A DNA stretch of 64,000 nt, from contig JAXJGV010000056.1 of NCBI GenBank assembly GCA_036300205.1, forward strand, positions 7,685 to 71,684, read 5' to 3'. The notes beneath the pieces were generated by a model that made no database searches, was not told where the DNA came from, and saw nothing but the letters and a program-made list of their open reading frames with translations. This document shows, in pieces, positions 10,139-18,317 of this stretch. The translations under genes were made by a program, and so were the position numbers. Numbering within the stretch: position 1 is the stretch's first letter; each line of letters opens with the position of its first letter. Origin of the DNA: Oscillospiraceae bacterium (GTDB lineage: Bacteria > Bacillota > Clostridia > Oscillospirales > Oscillospiraceae).

Positions 10139-10211
10139 GCGATCTGAATCGTCGCGACCTCACCGGCGCGCCGCCTCCACTTCTCAAATGTTAGGCGGCG
10201 CGCCGCTTTTT
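10139..10211 (+). ncRNA. Candidate ~70-nt antisense RNA upstream of rep
   Basis: Promoter at 10104-10132, then a 13-bp perfect stem (10164-10176/10193-10205) and T-run. Confidence 0.55.
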
Positions 10212-10378
10212 CATGCGCTCCGGCTGGCTTCATCGTTCCGTTCCGCCTCCTTGCCCAGCAGGTAGCCCAGCACGTAGGCCTTCCCGCTGGTGGGCAGCTG
10301 CGTGAACTTCTCCGCCACGGTTTCCGCCACGGTCTTGTCGACCGTGGCTTTTTCTGTTTTGGTGGTTTCCGGTGCCAT
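10211..10378 (-). CDS. 55-aa microprotein (not in ORF track)
   Basis: MAPETTK...EKFTQLPTSGKAYVLGYLLGKEAERNDEASRSA; similar to 15232-15357. Confidence 0.6.
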   Translation of the reverse strand: MAPETTKTEKATVDKTVAETVAEKFTQLPTSGKAYVLGYLLGKEAERNDEASRSA

Positions 10379-10626
10379 CATTCCACCACCTTCCTGATCG
10401 TGAAGCCCCGGAAGGCACCGCTGGCATGGTCAAAGATCGGGTGCTGAATCTTTACGCCCTTCGGCGGGAACGCCTGGACGCCCAAGCCTCCCTGTTTGTC
10501 GCCAGCGAAGGCCAGGCCGTAGACGCTGCCGTCGGTCATTTCCACGCCGATCACGCCGTCGTCGTCGACGCCCGTGATCTTTTTGACCCTCACGATTTGT
10601 TCCACAGTGTTCACAGTGTTTTCCAC
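10378..10626 (-). CDS. Phage hypothetical protein
   Basis: AGGAGG RBS, operon packing. Confidence 0.65.
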   Translation of the reverse strand: MENTVNTVEQIVRVKKITGVDDDGVIGVEMTDGSVYGLAFAGDKQGGLGVQAFPPKGVKIQHPIFDHASGAFRGFTIRKVVE

Positions 10627-10665
10627 AGAATCACCTCCTGGGTGTTGATTTTCATTTATTGGTAT

Positions 10666-11001
10666 TTACTGAACGGGGCCGCCGTAGGGAAACGGGGCGA
10701 TTCTCTTCTTCGGCCGCAGGCTGTCCAGGGCCTTCATTGCCTCCCGCTTCTCTTCTTCGGTGGCGTCCTCCCGGATGATCACGATCCCGCCCTGGTGCTT
10801 ACATACGGCGGCGCCGATACCAGCGGCAGCGATCGCCGTGAACAGGTCGCTGACGATCTGATCGGTGTGATCGAAGGGTTCCATGGCCGGGTTCTTGGCG
10901 TCGACCATTTCCTTGATCTTCAGCGCCATGACTTCCAGCCGGTCGACAGCCTGGATGATGTCGTCCGGCTCGTAGATTTTGAAATTCTTGCCGTCGATCA
11001 T
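10666..11001 (-). CDS. Phage hypothetical protein
   Basis: ATGA overlap with upstream gene, RBS. Confidence 0.65.
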   Translation of the reverse strand: MIDGKNFKIYEPDDIIQAVDRLEVMALKIKEMVDAKNPAMEPFDHTDQIVSDLFTAIAAAGIGAAVCKHQGGIVIIREDATEEEKREAMKALDSLRPKKRIAPFPYGGPVQ

Positions 11002-11420
11002 TCCGCGTCCTCCTTCTGTTCCCGCAGGTCGCGGGTAATTCGCAGCGCCCGGCCGTTCTTGTCCACGTGCCGGTGGTCGAAATAGACCACCTTGGCGACC
11101 GGCAGCAGGCCGCGCAGTTCGGACGGTCGGATCGCCTTCATGCCAGAGTTTTCGATATTGCGGCGGCCGAACAGCTGGACGCCTTCGATGTAACTGGTCG
11201 CGCAGACGCTGCCGTCTGCATACTCGTGGATTTCACGCACCACGACGGGATCGTTCCACCACGCGCGGCCGTTGCTGATCTTCCACTTGCCCTTCACCTT
11301 CCGGGCGGCGTAGTAGCCCACGACCACGTCGGGGGCGCCGTCCTCCTGGTTGCTTTTTCTGGCCCTGTCTTCCATGGTCTTCAGCCAGGCCTCACTGAAG
11401 ATCGTCGTCTTGTCGCTCAT
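10998..11420 (-). CDS. Phage hypothetical protein
   Basis: AAGGAGG RBS, ATGA overlaps. Confidence 0.65.
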   Translation of the reverse strand: MSDKTTIFSEAWLKTMEDRARKSNQEDGAPDVVVGYYAARKVKGKWKISNGRAWWNDPVVVREIHEYADGSVCATSYIEGVQLFGRRNIENSGMKAIRPSELRGLLPVAKVVYFDHRHVDKNGRALRITRDLREQKEDAE

Positions 11421-11638
11421 GCGTGCCTCCTTGTGAAATATTCGGGGTAATCCTTGTACAGGCAGTTCTCGTTCTTGTCCATGCCTGCGACGATCCGGGT
11501 GATCTTGCCGTTCACGTCACAGCGCAGCGTGATCTCAGCGATCCGGCTGCATACGATCGGGTCGCGGGTGACGACGCTGTTCATGTACACCACGGGTACC
11601 TGTTCGCGGAATACTTTCTGCGCTTCTTCCCAGGTCAT
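11417..11638 (-). CDS. Phage hypothetical protein
   Basis: GGAGG RBS, ATGA overlaps. Confidence 0.6.
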   Translation of the reverse strand: MTWEEAQKVFREQVPVVYMNSVVTRDPIVCSRIAEITLRCDVNGKITRIVAGMDKNENCLYKDYPEYFTRRHA

Positions 11639-11847
11639 ACTCTTCGGGCCTCCCTCTTCTCCCGGCGCTTCCGCCGGGTGTATTGCGGACAGGGGAACGG
11701 TTCCAGATCGTGGCAGCGTTCGCAGCAGTCCTTGCAGGTGGCATGGCCGAAACGGTCATAGCCGCAGGGTTTGGCCCGCTGCGTCTGATCCTGGAACACT
11801 TTGCCGCAGATGTAGCACCGGAAGCCGGTCTTCTGCTGCCCGCTCAT
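11635..11847 (-). CDS. Small zinc-finger-like protein
   Basis: MSGQQKTGFRCYICGK...CKDCCERCH; start moved to the ATGA overlap. Confidence 0.55.
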   Translation of the reverse strand: MSGQQKTGFRCYICGKVFQDQTQRAKPCGYDRFGHATCKDCCERCHDLEPFPCPQYTRRKRREKREARRV

Positions 11848-12146
11848 TTCTTGCCCCGCTTCCTCCGGTTTTTGCCGGTCTTTCCGTCCGGGCGCCGGGC
11901 CATCCTTGCGGCTGCCATCATTGCAGCCTGGCGTTCTTCCAGCGTCTGGCCGTCCTCGAAACAGGGCAGGCCGCCCATGTTGGCCGCCACGACGCGGGCA
12001 TAGGTCAGTCCCGTCGTCAGGACATCCCGCAGCACCTTGATTTCGTCGGCCTTCTCCGGGTCTTCCGCCTGGATTCCAGCGGCCCACGTGACAGCAGCGT
12101 CCAGGTCTTCGACCTCGACCAGCCTGTAGCCTTGGTATTGCTTCAT
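11844..12146 (-). CDS. Phage hypothetical protein
   Basis: MKQYQGYRLV after AAGGAG RBS. Confidence 0.6.
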   Translation of the reverse strand: MKQYQGYRLVEVEDLDAAVTWAAGIQAEDPEKADEIKVLRDVLTTGLTYARVVAANMGGLPCFEDGQTLEERQAAMMAAARMARRPDGKTGKNRRKRGKK

Positions 12147-12170
12147 GCGGTTATCTCCTTTCCTTGTGGC

Positions 12171-12230
12171 TTCCCGTTTCGGCCCTCCCTGGGCCATCAT
12201 CGGCGGGGCGGATCAGCCCCGGACGGGTGG
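12171..12230 (-). ncRNA. Type III hammerhead-like ribozyme, copy 1 (variant core)
   Basis: CCCGU-C | CGGGGC-UGAUCC-GCCCCG | CCGAUGA-U | GGCCC-AGGGA-GGGCC | GAA-ACGGG. Confidence 0.65.
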
Positions 12231-12832
12231 GCCAGGCCGCCATAATCGACGCCCTGGCCGTATAATTTCTTCAGTGTGGGTACCGGCGGCAGCCAGATCG
12301 TCAGGATCATGGTCGCGCCGTCGTGCCGGTCTTCTTCCTGCGGATCGTCGCCGGGGTCGTATTCCTCCATCAGTTTCGCGATTTCTTCCATGGTGGACGC
12401 TATGCAGCCCACGCCGTAGCCCAGAAGGTCGCACACCTTCTGGAGGGCTTCTGTTGCAGCTGCTGCCGCCTCCCGGACGTATTCCGTGATCCTCTGGATC
12501 GCTTCGCGGACGGCGTCGTCGTATGGATCGTACCCGGCAGCGCAAGCAGTCGCCACGATGATTTGTTCCGTCCCTGGGCCGTTCCGGCGTCCGGTGCCGA
12601 TGATCGCGGCCCGGCGCGCTTCGTGCTGCCGCTCCTTCTCCCGTAGCAGCTGCATGAACTTCTCCCGCTCGACTTCCAGGGGCACGATCATTTCGCCAGC
12701 TTCCAGTTCGACGTCCTTCGTGACGGGTATGATCCCGCCCGGTGCCATATCCTCGCCAGACCCAAAGACGCGGCGCAGGTGGTCTATCGCTTCCGGGGCC
12801 ATGATGTCCTTCATCCTTCTGCCGTCGTTCAT
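12197..12832 (-). CDS. Phage hypothetical protein
   Basis: ATGA overlap, operon packing. Confidence 0.6.
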   Translation of the reverse strand: MNDGRRMKDIMAPEAIDHLRRVFGSGEDMAPGGIIPVTKDVELEAGEMIVPLEVEREKFMQLLREKERQHEARRAAIIGTGRRNGPGTEQIIVATACAAGYDPYDDAVREAIQRITEYVREAAAAATEALQKVCDLLGYGVGCIASTMEEIAKLMEEYDPGDDPQEEDRHDGATMILTIWLPPVPTLKKLYGQGVDYGGLAHPSGADPPRR

Positions 12833-13176
12833 TCCTCATACCCCCAGGGGAAAATTCTGGTCTTCCGCGTGTATGCGCAGTATTCGTGTTCCAGCCGGGC
12901 GCCTGGGCTTTGTTTCCAGTCCGGCAGGAAAGCGACGGCGTCCGCGCAGTCGATCATGCTGAAGCAAATCCGCATATAATCGGCAGACGTCAGGCGATCC
13001 GGCAGGACTGCCGGGCTGATCACCACGTAGCCGTCGCGTTCCAGCTTCTGCCGGGCCTTCAGGAATTTCAGCCGGTAGTCCGGGTCGCCGGTGATCTTTC
13101 CGGCCAGGTACACCTTCATTGGCTCCGGCGCGGGCTGGGCCGTGATCTCGACGGTGATGTTTGTGCATTTGCTCAT
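12829..13176 (-). CDS. DUF4406 / nucleoside 2-deoxyribosyltransferase-like protein
   Basis: KVYLAGKITG...YMRICFSMIDCADAVAFLPDWKQSPGARLE. Confidence 0.85.
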   Translation of the reverse strand: MSKCTNITVEITAQPAPEPMKVYLAGKITGDPDYRLKFLKARQKLERDGYVVISPAVLPDRLTSADYMRICFSMIDCADAVAFLPDWKQSPGARLEHEYCAYTRKTRIFPWGYEE

Positions 13177-13327
13177 GTGGTGCCCTCCACGGGTACAAAT
13201 AGGTGATCGAACTGGCCGTCCCGGTTCTCCTGGATCGCCGCCACCAGGTCGTCCAGGGTGATACCCAGGACGCCGACGACGGTCTGCTGCGGGGTCAGCT
13301 TCCGGCCAGGCTCCACGATGAATTCGT

Positions 13328-14134
13328 TCATTGTTTCTTTGCTCCCTTCTTTTTGCGCTTACTGGCCGCGATCTTCACCTTCGCGATCAGTATGCCGGTT
13401 TCGGTATGTTCTGCGGTTTCATAGCGTAGGCCCTGCTTGTTCATCACGGCGTTTTCAGCCTGGGTGATCAGCGCCATGTTTTCCAGAACGCAGTTCTGCC
13501 GGTTGCCGTCCTTGAAGATCACCAGGTGCCCCTTCGGGATCGGCCCGTGGGCTTCCTCCCACATGATCAGATGCAGCTGCCGCCAGTTGTGGCGCCAGTT
13601 GCCCGGCTGGTCGGCGATCTTCTTCCACAGGTAGCCGTCGCCCTTCGTGACGACCGTGCCGATCGGGACGGTGTCCCATGGCTGGTTGCCCTTTTGGAAC
13701 CACCCCTTCTCAGCGCCGGGTGCTGAGTAGCCCTTCCGGCCCTTGTTCGGTGGGACGTGGCCCTTCTCGAAGCGGCCCGTCAGGCCGCTGTTCAGCTTGT
13801 GGTTCTTGTAGTAGCCCATGATCTGGCCGGGCGTGTAGTCCCGGCCGAAGACTTCCTTCAGCTGCGCAGCCATCGTGACGTAGCTGGTGCCCTTGTAGTG
13901 CTGGTGGATATACTCCCGGACTTCCGCCGGGTACAGTTCCGTCGGCCGGTCTTTCGGCAGGCCGCAGGGCGTCCCGCTCTTCAGCTTGTGGTTCGTCTTG
14001 TAGCACTTCATTTTGTTCGCGTCGAAGTTGGTGCCGAAGGCTGCGTTTGTCATGGCTGCCAGTTCCGCCGTCGTGTGGCCCGCCACATTTTCGCGGATAA
14101 ACGCGTGGACTTCCGGGCTGTATCGTTGGCTCAT
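13328..14134 (-). CDS. HNH endonuclease with duplicated N-terminal domain
   Basis: Two NHKLxSG repeats; HLIMWEEAHGPIPKGHLVIFKDGNRQN. Confidence 0.85.
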   Translation of the reverse strand: MSQRYSPEVHAFIRENVAGHTTAELAAMTNAAFGTNFDANKMKCYKTNHKLKSGTPCGLPKDRPTELYPAEVREYIHQHYKGTSYVTMAAQLKEVFGRDYTPGQIMGYYKNHKLNSGLTGRFEKGHVPPNKGRKGYSAPGAEKGWFQKGNQPWDTVPIGTVVTKGDGYLWKKIADQPGNWRHNWRQLHLIMWEEAHGPIPKGHLVIFKDGNRQNCVLENMALITQAENAVMNKQGLRYETAEHTETGILIAKVKIAASKRKKKGAKKQ

Positions 14135-14391
14135 GCGTCGCTGGCCTCCAACATTTTCGGCACCGGCGCCAGGCTGCCGTCGCGCCTGCCCTTGCCGTAG
14201 CCCATGTCGTTCATGTGCTGCATGGTCTTCAGGGCTAACTCACCGTTATGTATGACGGTTTCGGCGACCCTCGTGACGGCCTCCGACCTGACGATCTCCC
14301 GCTGCATCTGCTCTTCGGTCATGTCGTCGTCCAGCAGCCTTTCCAGGGTTTCGAACAGGTAGTTGTTCAGGTCGGTCAGGGTGTTCTTCAT
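14131..14391 (-). CDS. Conserved phage protein
   Basis: MKNTLTDLNNYLFETLERL; overlaps start of the HNH gene. Confidence 0.75.
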   Translation of the reverse strand: MKNTLTDLNNYLFETLERLLDDDMTEEQMQREIVRSEAVTRVAETVIHNGELALKTMQHMNDMGYGKGRRDGSLAPVPKMLEASDA

Positions 14392-14537
14392 TCCAGAATC
14401 CCCTCCCGCACTTCACAAAAATCAGCGTCGGCGGCGCTCTGATCTTGGCGCCCCCCCTCGTTTTGTCCGGTGATCCAGCTGATCGTCGTGGCCGCCACGG
14501 CCAGGACGAACGCGATCGCTGCCAATGCTTCCATGAT

Positions 14538-14837
14538 TTACGTCACCTTCTTCTTTCTTGCAAATTTTGGTGTGTAATAATCCGGGAAGGTTTCCGTGCT
14601 TCGGTCGATATTGATCTGGATGTCCCTGATCTCGTTGGCGAAGTCCACAATGTTCGCCGCCATCAGGGCGTCCAGGTCTAGGTCGTAGATTTCCACAGCC
14701 TTGTCCAGGTCGATCATGGTGGTTAAAAGGCTGCGGTATGCGACGCCCGACGCGACGGCCATCCCCGCGATCTTCTTGATTTTTTCAAAGGTGGTTAAGG
14801 TCAATTCCTCACCTCCCCCTGGTCTATAGTTCCACAT
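14538..14837 (-). CDS. Phage hypothetical protein (start uncertain)
   Basis: LDLDALMAA...DFANEIRDIQINIDR...PKFA. Confidence 0.6.
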   Translation of the reverse strand: MWNYRPGGGEELTLTTFEKIKKIAGMAVASGVAYRSLLTTMIDLDKAVEIYDLDLDALMAANIVDFANEIRDIQINIDRSTETFPDYYTPKFARKKKVT

Positions 14838-15105
14838 ACCGCCCCTTGTCGTTCTTGTACTCGATCGTGGTGCAGCCCAGCCCGGCGCCGACGCAGTCCA
14901 GGGGCGCGAAGCTGTTGGGGTCAGAACAGACGCCCCAGAAATAGGTGACGCCGTCGTCGTCCTTGCAGCGGAACTTGTGGATCATGCCCGGCTTCATGGC
15001 CTCGATCTGGGCCTTCGTGTACTGGTATTCCGCCCTGATCTGGCGGTCGAACTTTTCACCGCCGAACACGGCGCGGTTTTCGTGGGTGATTTGAAATATT
15101 GCCAT
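14824..15105 (-). CDS. Phage hypothetical protein
   Basis: AAGGAGG RBS; FRCKDDDGVTYFWG...FAPLD...GCTTIEY. Confidence 0.7.
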   Translation of the reverse strand: MAIFQITHENRAVFGGEKFDRQIRAEYQYTKAQIEAMKPGMIHKFRCKDDDGVTYFWGVCSDPNSFAPLDCVGAGLGCTTIEYKNDKGRYVEL

Positions 15106-15137
15106 TTCTGCCTCCTTGCGGGTCTTCCGCTTCTGTT

Positions 15138-15197
15138 TTCCCGTTTCGGCCCTCCGTAGGTCATCATCGGCGGGGCGGATCAGCCCCGGACGGGTGG
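15138..15197 (-). ncRNA. Type III hammerhead-like ribozyme, copy 2
   Basis: 57/60 identical to 12171-12230; all three differences lie in stem/loop II. Confidence 0.55.
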
Positions 15198-15231
15198 CAC
15201 CGGGGATCCCCTCCCCGGTGCCCTCGGTTGT

Positions 15232-15357
15232 TTATTTGGTGGCCTGCTTTTCGTCGTGCTTGCCGGTGACGTAGCCCAGGACGAACTCCTTCGCGTCGGC
15301 GTCCAGGCCTGCGAACTTCTTCAGGGCCTGCTCGATCAGCTGCTTCTTGTCGTTCAT
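15232..15357 (-). CDS. 41-aa microprotein (not in ORF track)
   Basis: AAGGAGG RBS; MNDKKQLIEQALKKFAGLDADAKEFVLGYVTGKHDEKQATK. Confidence 0.7.
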   Translation of the reverse strand: MNDKKQLIEQALKKFAGLDADAKEFVLGYVTGKHDEKQATK

Positions 15358-15809
15358 GGTGTGTACCTCCTTATCTTTTCGTCGTCTTCGGTTCTTCGGC
15401 GATCTCCACGATCGCCCGGTCTTTGATTCCTACCAGATAGGCCCAGAAAAGGCCCTCAAAATTTCTCTTGTGCTGCGGCTCCCGGTTCTTCCGGCAGCTG
15501 ACCGTCCGGGTGCTGTTGCTCAGGGTCTGCTGGAAGTACCGGCACTGGATGCAGGTCGCCATGCTGAAGTTCTCCGTGGTCTGTATCGGGCACGCGATCG
15601 GGTAGTTCATACGCTGCCGCCCTTCTTCGGGATCGGCGGCTTGCCGGTGGTCAGCCAGGCTAGCCAGCACTCGCGGCAGCTGACGTGACTGCAATCTGCT
15701 TTTTCCCCGGCGGCGAAGGGCGGGTGGCCCTTCTAGAAGATTTCGGCCAGAGCTTCAGCGGAAGCGTCCGGGGCGTTCAGCATTTCGATCAGGATTTCGG
15801 TTCCGGCCT

Positions 15810-16130
15810 TCATTTCTTGGCACCTCTTTCCAGCTTGGCGATCCGGTCGATCGCCATCATAATGTCCTGGATCGCGGCGACGTCTTCGCCCAGTTCGTCG
15901 TACAGTTCCAGGTCGACCAGGTCGATCGCGCTGCCGCAGAAGGCGGACAGGAAGCGGATTTTTCCACAGGCAGACAGGCGCCGGTGGCCTTCCTCGTTCA
16001 GGTAGATGTCGACGGCCCGCAGCTTGTCCTCTTCAGCCTTCACGGCGGCGATCAGACCAGCGTAGTCGCTGACGAACTTCGGGGCCGCGTTGATAGGTTC
16101 GCGGCGTTCGGTGGTGTTCTTCTTTTCCAT
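15810..16130 (-). CDS. Phage hypothetical protein
   Basis: AAGGAGG RBS. Confidence 0.65.
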   Translation of the reverse strand: MEKKNTTERREPINAAPKFVSDYAGLIAAVKAEEDKLRAVDIYLNEEGHRRLSACGKIRFLSAFCGSAIDLVDLELYDELGEDVAAIQDIMMAIDRIAKLERGAKK

Positions 16131-16141
16131 GGTGTCCTCCT

Positions 16142-16339
16142 TCAGATCAGGGTGATGTATTCCCGGCCCTGGCGGGTGGTCTGGGCCACCCGGCGGCCGT
16201 ATTTCTTTGTCAGATGGTCTACTTCAGCGGCGTCCAGGTTGTCCACCCGGACTGCAGCACCGGCTTCCAGCCGAAGATCAAGGCGGTGGAAGCGTCTGGT
16301 CATTGCCGCCACCAGGACGGCGATCACGATCTGGGTCAT
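16142..16339 (-). CDS. Phage hypothetical protein
   Basis: AAGGAGG RBS. Confidence 0.6.
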   Translation of the reverse strand: MTQIVIAVLVAAMTRRFHRLDLRLEAGAAVRVDNLDAAEVDHLTKKYGRRVAQTTRQGREYITLI

Positions 16340-16351
16340 GGCCGGGCCTCC

Positions 16352-16609
16352 TTATCTCTTGAAGACGACCACGTTGTCGATGGTGATGCTTTCGCAGATC
16401 AGCAGATTCGCCTGTCCCCAGGTTGCGTTGCTGGCTTCGTGGCCCAGCAGGTTCAGAACGCGCAGCGCCTGGGTCATTGTCCCGTAGTTCGTGTGGTTTC
16501 GCTCCACGTCGCCCGCGACGTACTGGTCATTCATCCATCTGGCGTGCTGGATCGCGTCCTCTTTCATTTTCCGGGCCAGTTCGATCAGGTCGATGTTCTT
16601 GTTTTCCAT
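16352..16609 (-). CDS. First gene of leftward operon, hypothetical
   Basis: MENKNIDL after AAGGAGG RBS. Confidence 0.65.
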   Translation of the reverse strand: MENKNIDLIELARKMKEDAIQHARWMNDQYVAGDVERNHTNYGTMTQALRVLNLLGHEASNATWGQANLLICESITIDNVVVFKR

Positions 16610-16671
16610 GTTGTTTCCTCCTTGCGGGGTTTCCGCTTCTGTTCGGTAGCTTATCGCCACCGTTCGACGGT

Positions 16672-16749
16672 ATTATAGTTTACTTTCGCCACTTTGTCAA
16701 GCGTCTGTATCAAATAATAGTTGACTTTCGCCACTTTTGCCGTTATACT
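16672..16749. promoter_or_regulatory. Phage genetic switch: divergent promoters with direct-repeat operators
   Basis: Minus TTGACA-17-TATAAT (16700-16672); plus TTGACT-17-TATACT (16721-16749); ATAGTT(T/G)ACTTTCGCCACTTT at 16675-16695 and 16717-16737. Confidence 0.85.
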
Positions 16750-16770
16750 GATTTTCAGGAGGTGAACGAC

Positions 16771-17172
16771 ATGAACGAAAGAGTTAAACAGCTGCGCCTA
16801 GCCCTGGGCCTCAGTCAGGAAGACTTCGGCGCAAAGATCGGTCTGAAGTCAAAGGCTTCGGTCAGCAAGATCGAAAAAGGTATTAACGGCACCACGGAAC
16901 AGACCCTTCAGTCTATGTGCCGGGAATTTGGCGCTTCTTATCTCTGGCTTACCACCGGTGAAGGCCCTATGTTTGAGAACGGCGGCGACGACGCTGCGCT
17001 GCACGTGATGGTCGACCGGGTCATGGCTTCCGAAAACGACCGGGTCAAGCAGATTTTCAAGAATCTGGGCGATTTCACAGAGGACGACTGGCGCCAGGTG
17101 AACGCGCTGCTGGATAAGCTGCTGGCAGGCACCCGGCCCTGGGAAGACGAAAAAAAAGGGCCGACCCTCTAA
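16771..17172 (+). CDS. XRE-family (CI-like) repressor
   Basis: MNERVKQLRLALGLSQEDFGAKIGL...VSKIEKG...WLTTGEGPMF; AGGAGG RBS. Confidence 0.92.
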   Translation: MNERVKQLRLALGLSQEDFGAKIGLKSKASVSKIEKGINGTTEQTLQSMCREFGASYLWLTTGEGPMFENGGDDAALHVMVDRVMASENDRVKQIFKNLGDFTEDDWRQVNALLDKLLAGTRPWEDEKKGPTL

Positions 17173-17195
17173 AGGATCGACCCCTTCCGCCACAG

Positions 17196-17309
17196 TTAGC
17201 GGTTCCTGGTGTACAGGTACAGTATGTACTTGTAGATCAGGCCCAGGCGCTTGTCGTCGTGGATGTTCTTCAGCATCCGCTCGATCGCTGCCTTATATGC
17301 TTTTTCCAT
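17196..17309 (-). CDS. 37-aa microprotein convergent on repressor
   Basis: MEKAYKAAIERMLKNIHDDKRLGLIYKYILYLYTRNR after AAGGAGG. Confidence 0.55.
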   Translation of the reverse strand: MEKAYKAAIERMLKNIHDDKRLGLIYKYILYLYTRNR

Positions 17310-17397
17310 TTCGCCGCCTCCTTTCCCAGGTGGTGGCACCATTATCCTAAAAAATAAAAGCCCGGTATAATGCGGGCAAGAATATGGAGGTATACGC

Positions 17398-18114
17398 ATG
17401 AAGAAAAACAAAACGGGCGAAGCCGCCCCGAAGGTCAAAAAGCCATTTTATAAAAAATGGTGGTTCTGGGTGATCGTTGTCCTGGCCCTGTTCCTCGGTT
17501 CCGGGGATTCCGAACCAACTGACACTTCCGTCGATGTTCCCGCAACGGCTCCCAGCGCCAGCGTCGCCGATGCCTCAGAAAATACCCAGGCCGCCACCGA
17601 AGCAACCGCCGAAGCCGCCACCATTCCCAACATTCAGTTCTATGGTGAGGGAATGTACAAGGTCGGCTCCGATCTTGACGCCGGTGAGTATTACGTAACC
17701 AGTTCCGAATACTTCGGTGCATACGCAGAGGTCGCCAGCGATAGCACCGGCAACCTCGACAGCATTATCGCAAATACCAACATCGAAACATTCGCCTTCT
17801 TCACGGTCGAAGACGGTCAATACTTCACCGTCACCGACGGCGAATTCGTGAAGGTCGAAGACGCCTATGTCCCCGGCGCTGATCTTAACGATACCTACAT
17901 GGCCGGTATGTACCGCGTTGGTACAGACATCCCCGCCGGTGAGTATAAAGTCACCTGCACCAGTGACTTCGGTGCATACGTCGAAGTAGCTGCTGACAGC
18001 ACCCACCGCCTTGACAGCATCGTCACAAACGACAATGTCGATACCACGTCTTACGTCACCGTCCAGGATGGCCAGTATTTAACCGTCACCGGCGGCGAAT
18101 TTGCCCCGGCTTAA
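17398..18114 (+). CDS. Membrane-anchored protein of the lysogeny module (possible superinfection exclusion)
   Basis: KKPFYKKWWFWVIVV anchor; duplicated GMY(K/R)VG(S/T)DxxAGEY domain; lies between repressor and integrase. Confidence 0.7.
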   Translation: MKKNKTGEAAPKVKKPFYKKWWFWVIVVLALFLGSGDSEPTDTSVDVPATAPSASVADASENTQAATEATAEAATIPNIQFYGEGMYKVGSDLDAGEYYVTSSEYFGAYAEVASDSTGNLDSIIANTNIETFAFFTVEDGQYFTVTDGEFVKVEDAYVPGADLNDTYMAGMYRVGTDIPAGEYKVTCTSDFGAYVEVAADSTHRLDSIVTNDNVDTTSYVTVQDGQYLTVTGGEFAPA

Positions 18115-18317
18115 TCTACCCCCAAAAAACAAAAAAGCCGCCGCGGACTTACCACCCGCGACGGCTCAGAAATAAAAAAGCGCCGCCCCGGTGTTACCAG
18201 CACCGAAGCGGCAGGCGCACAATTCCCCAGCTTACCAAAAGCAGAACCACCCGCTAAAATATAGGGGCTTTATGCCCTTTTATTGTAGCACACGTGCCAC
18301 AAAAAAGGAAGTGTAAA

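Noticed and set aside
12171..15197. 60-bp repeat as a DGR template/variable pair or att sites
   Set aside because: No reverse transcriptase, differences are not adenine-specific, and no recombinase is adjacent; a ribozyme fold explains it better.
236..16300. Many long plus-strand ORFs in the prophage
   Set aside because: Shadows of tightly packed minus-strand genes in GC-rich DNA; no protein signatures.
16423..16770. N-terminal extension of the repressor ORF
   Set aside because: Promoter and RBS place the start at ATG 16771.
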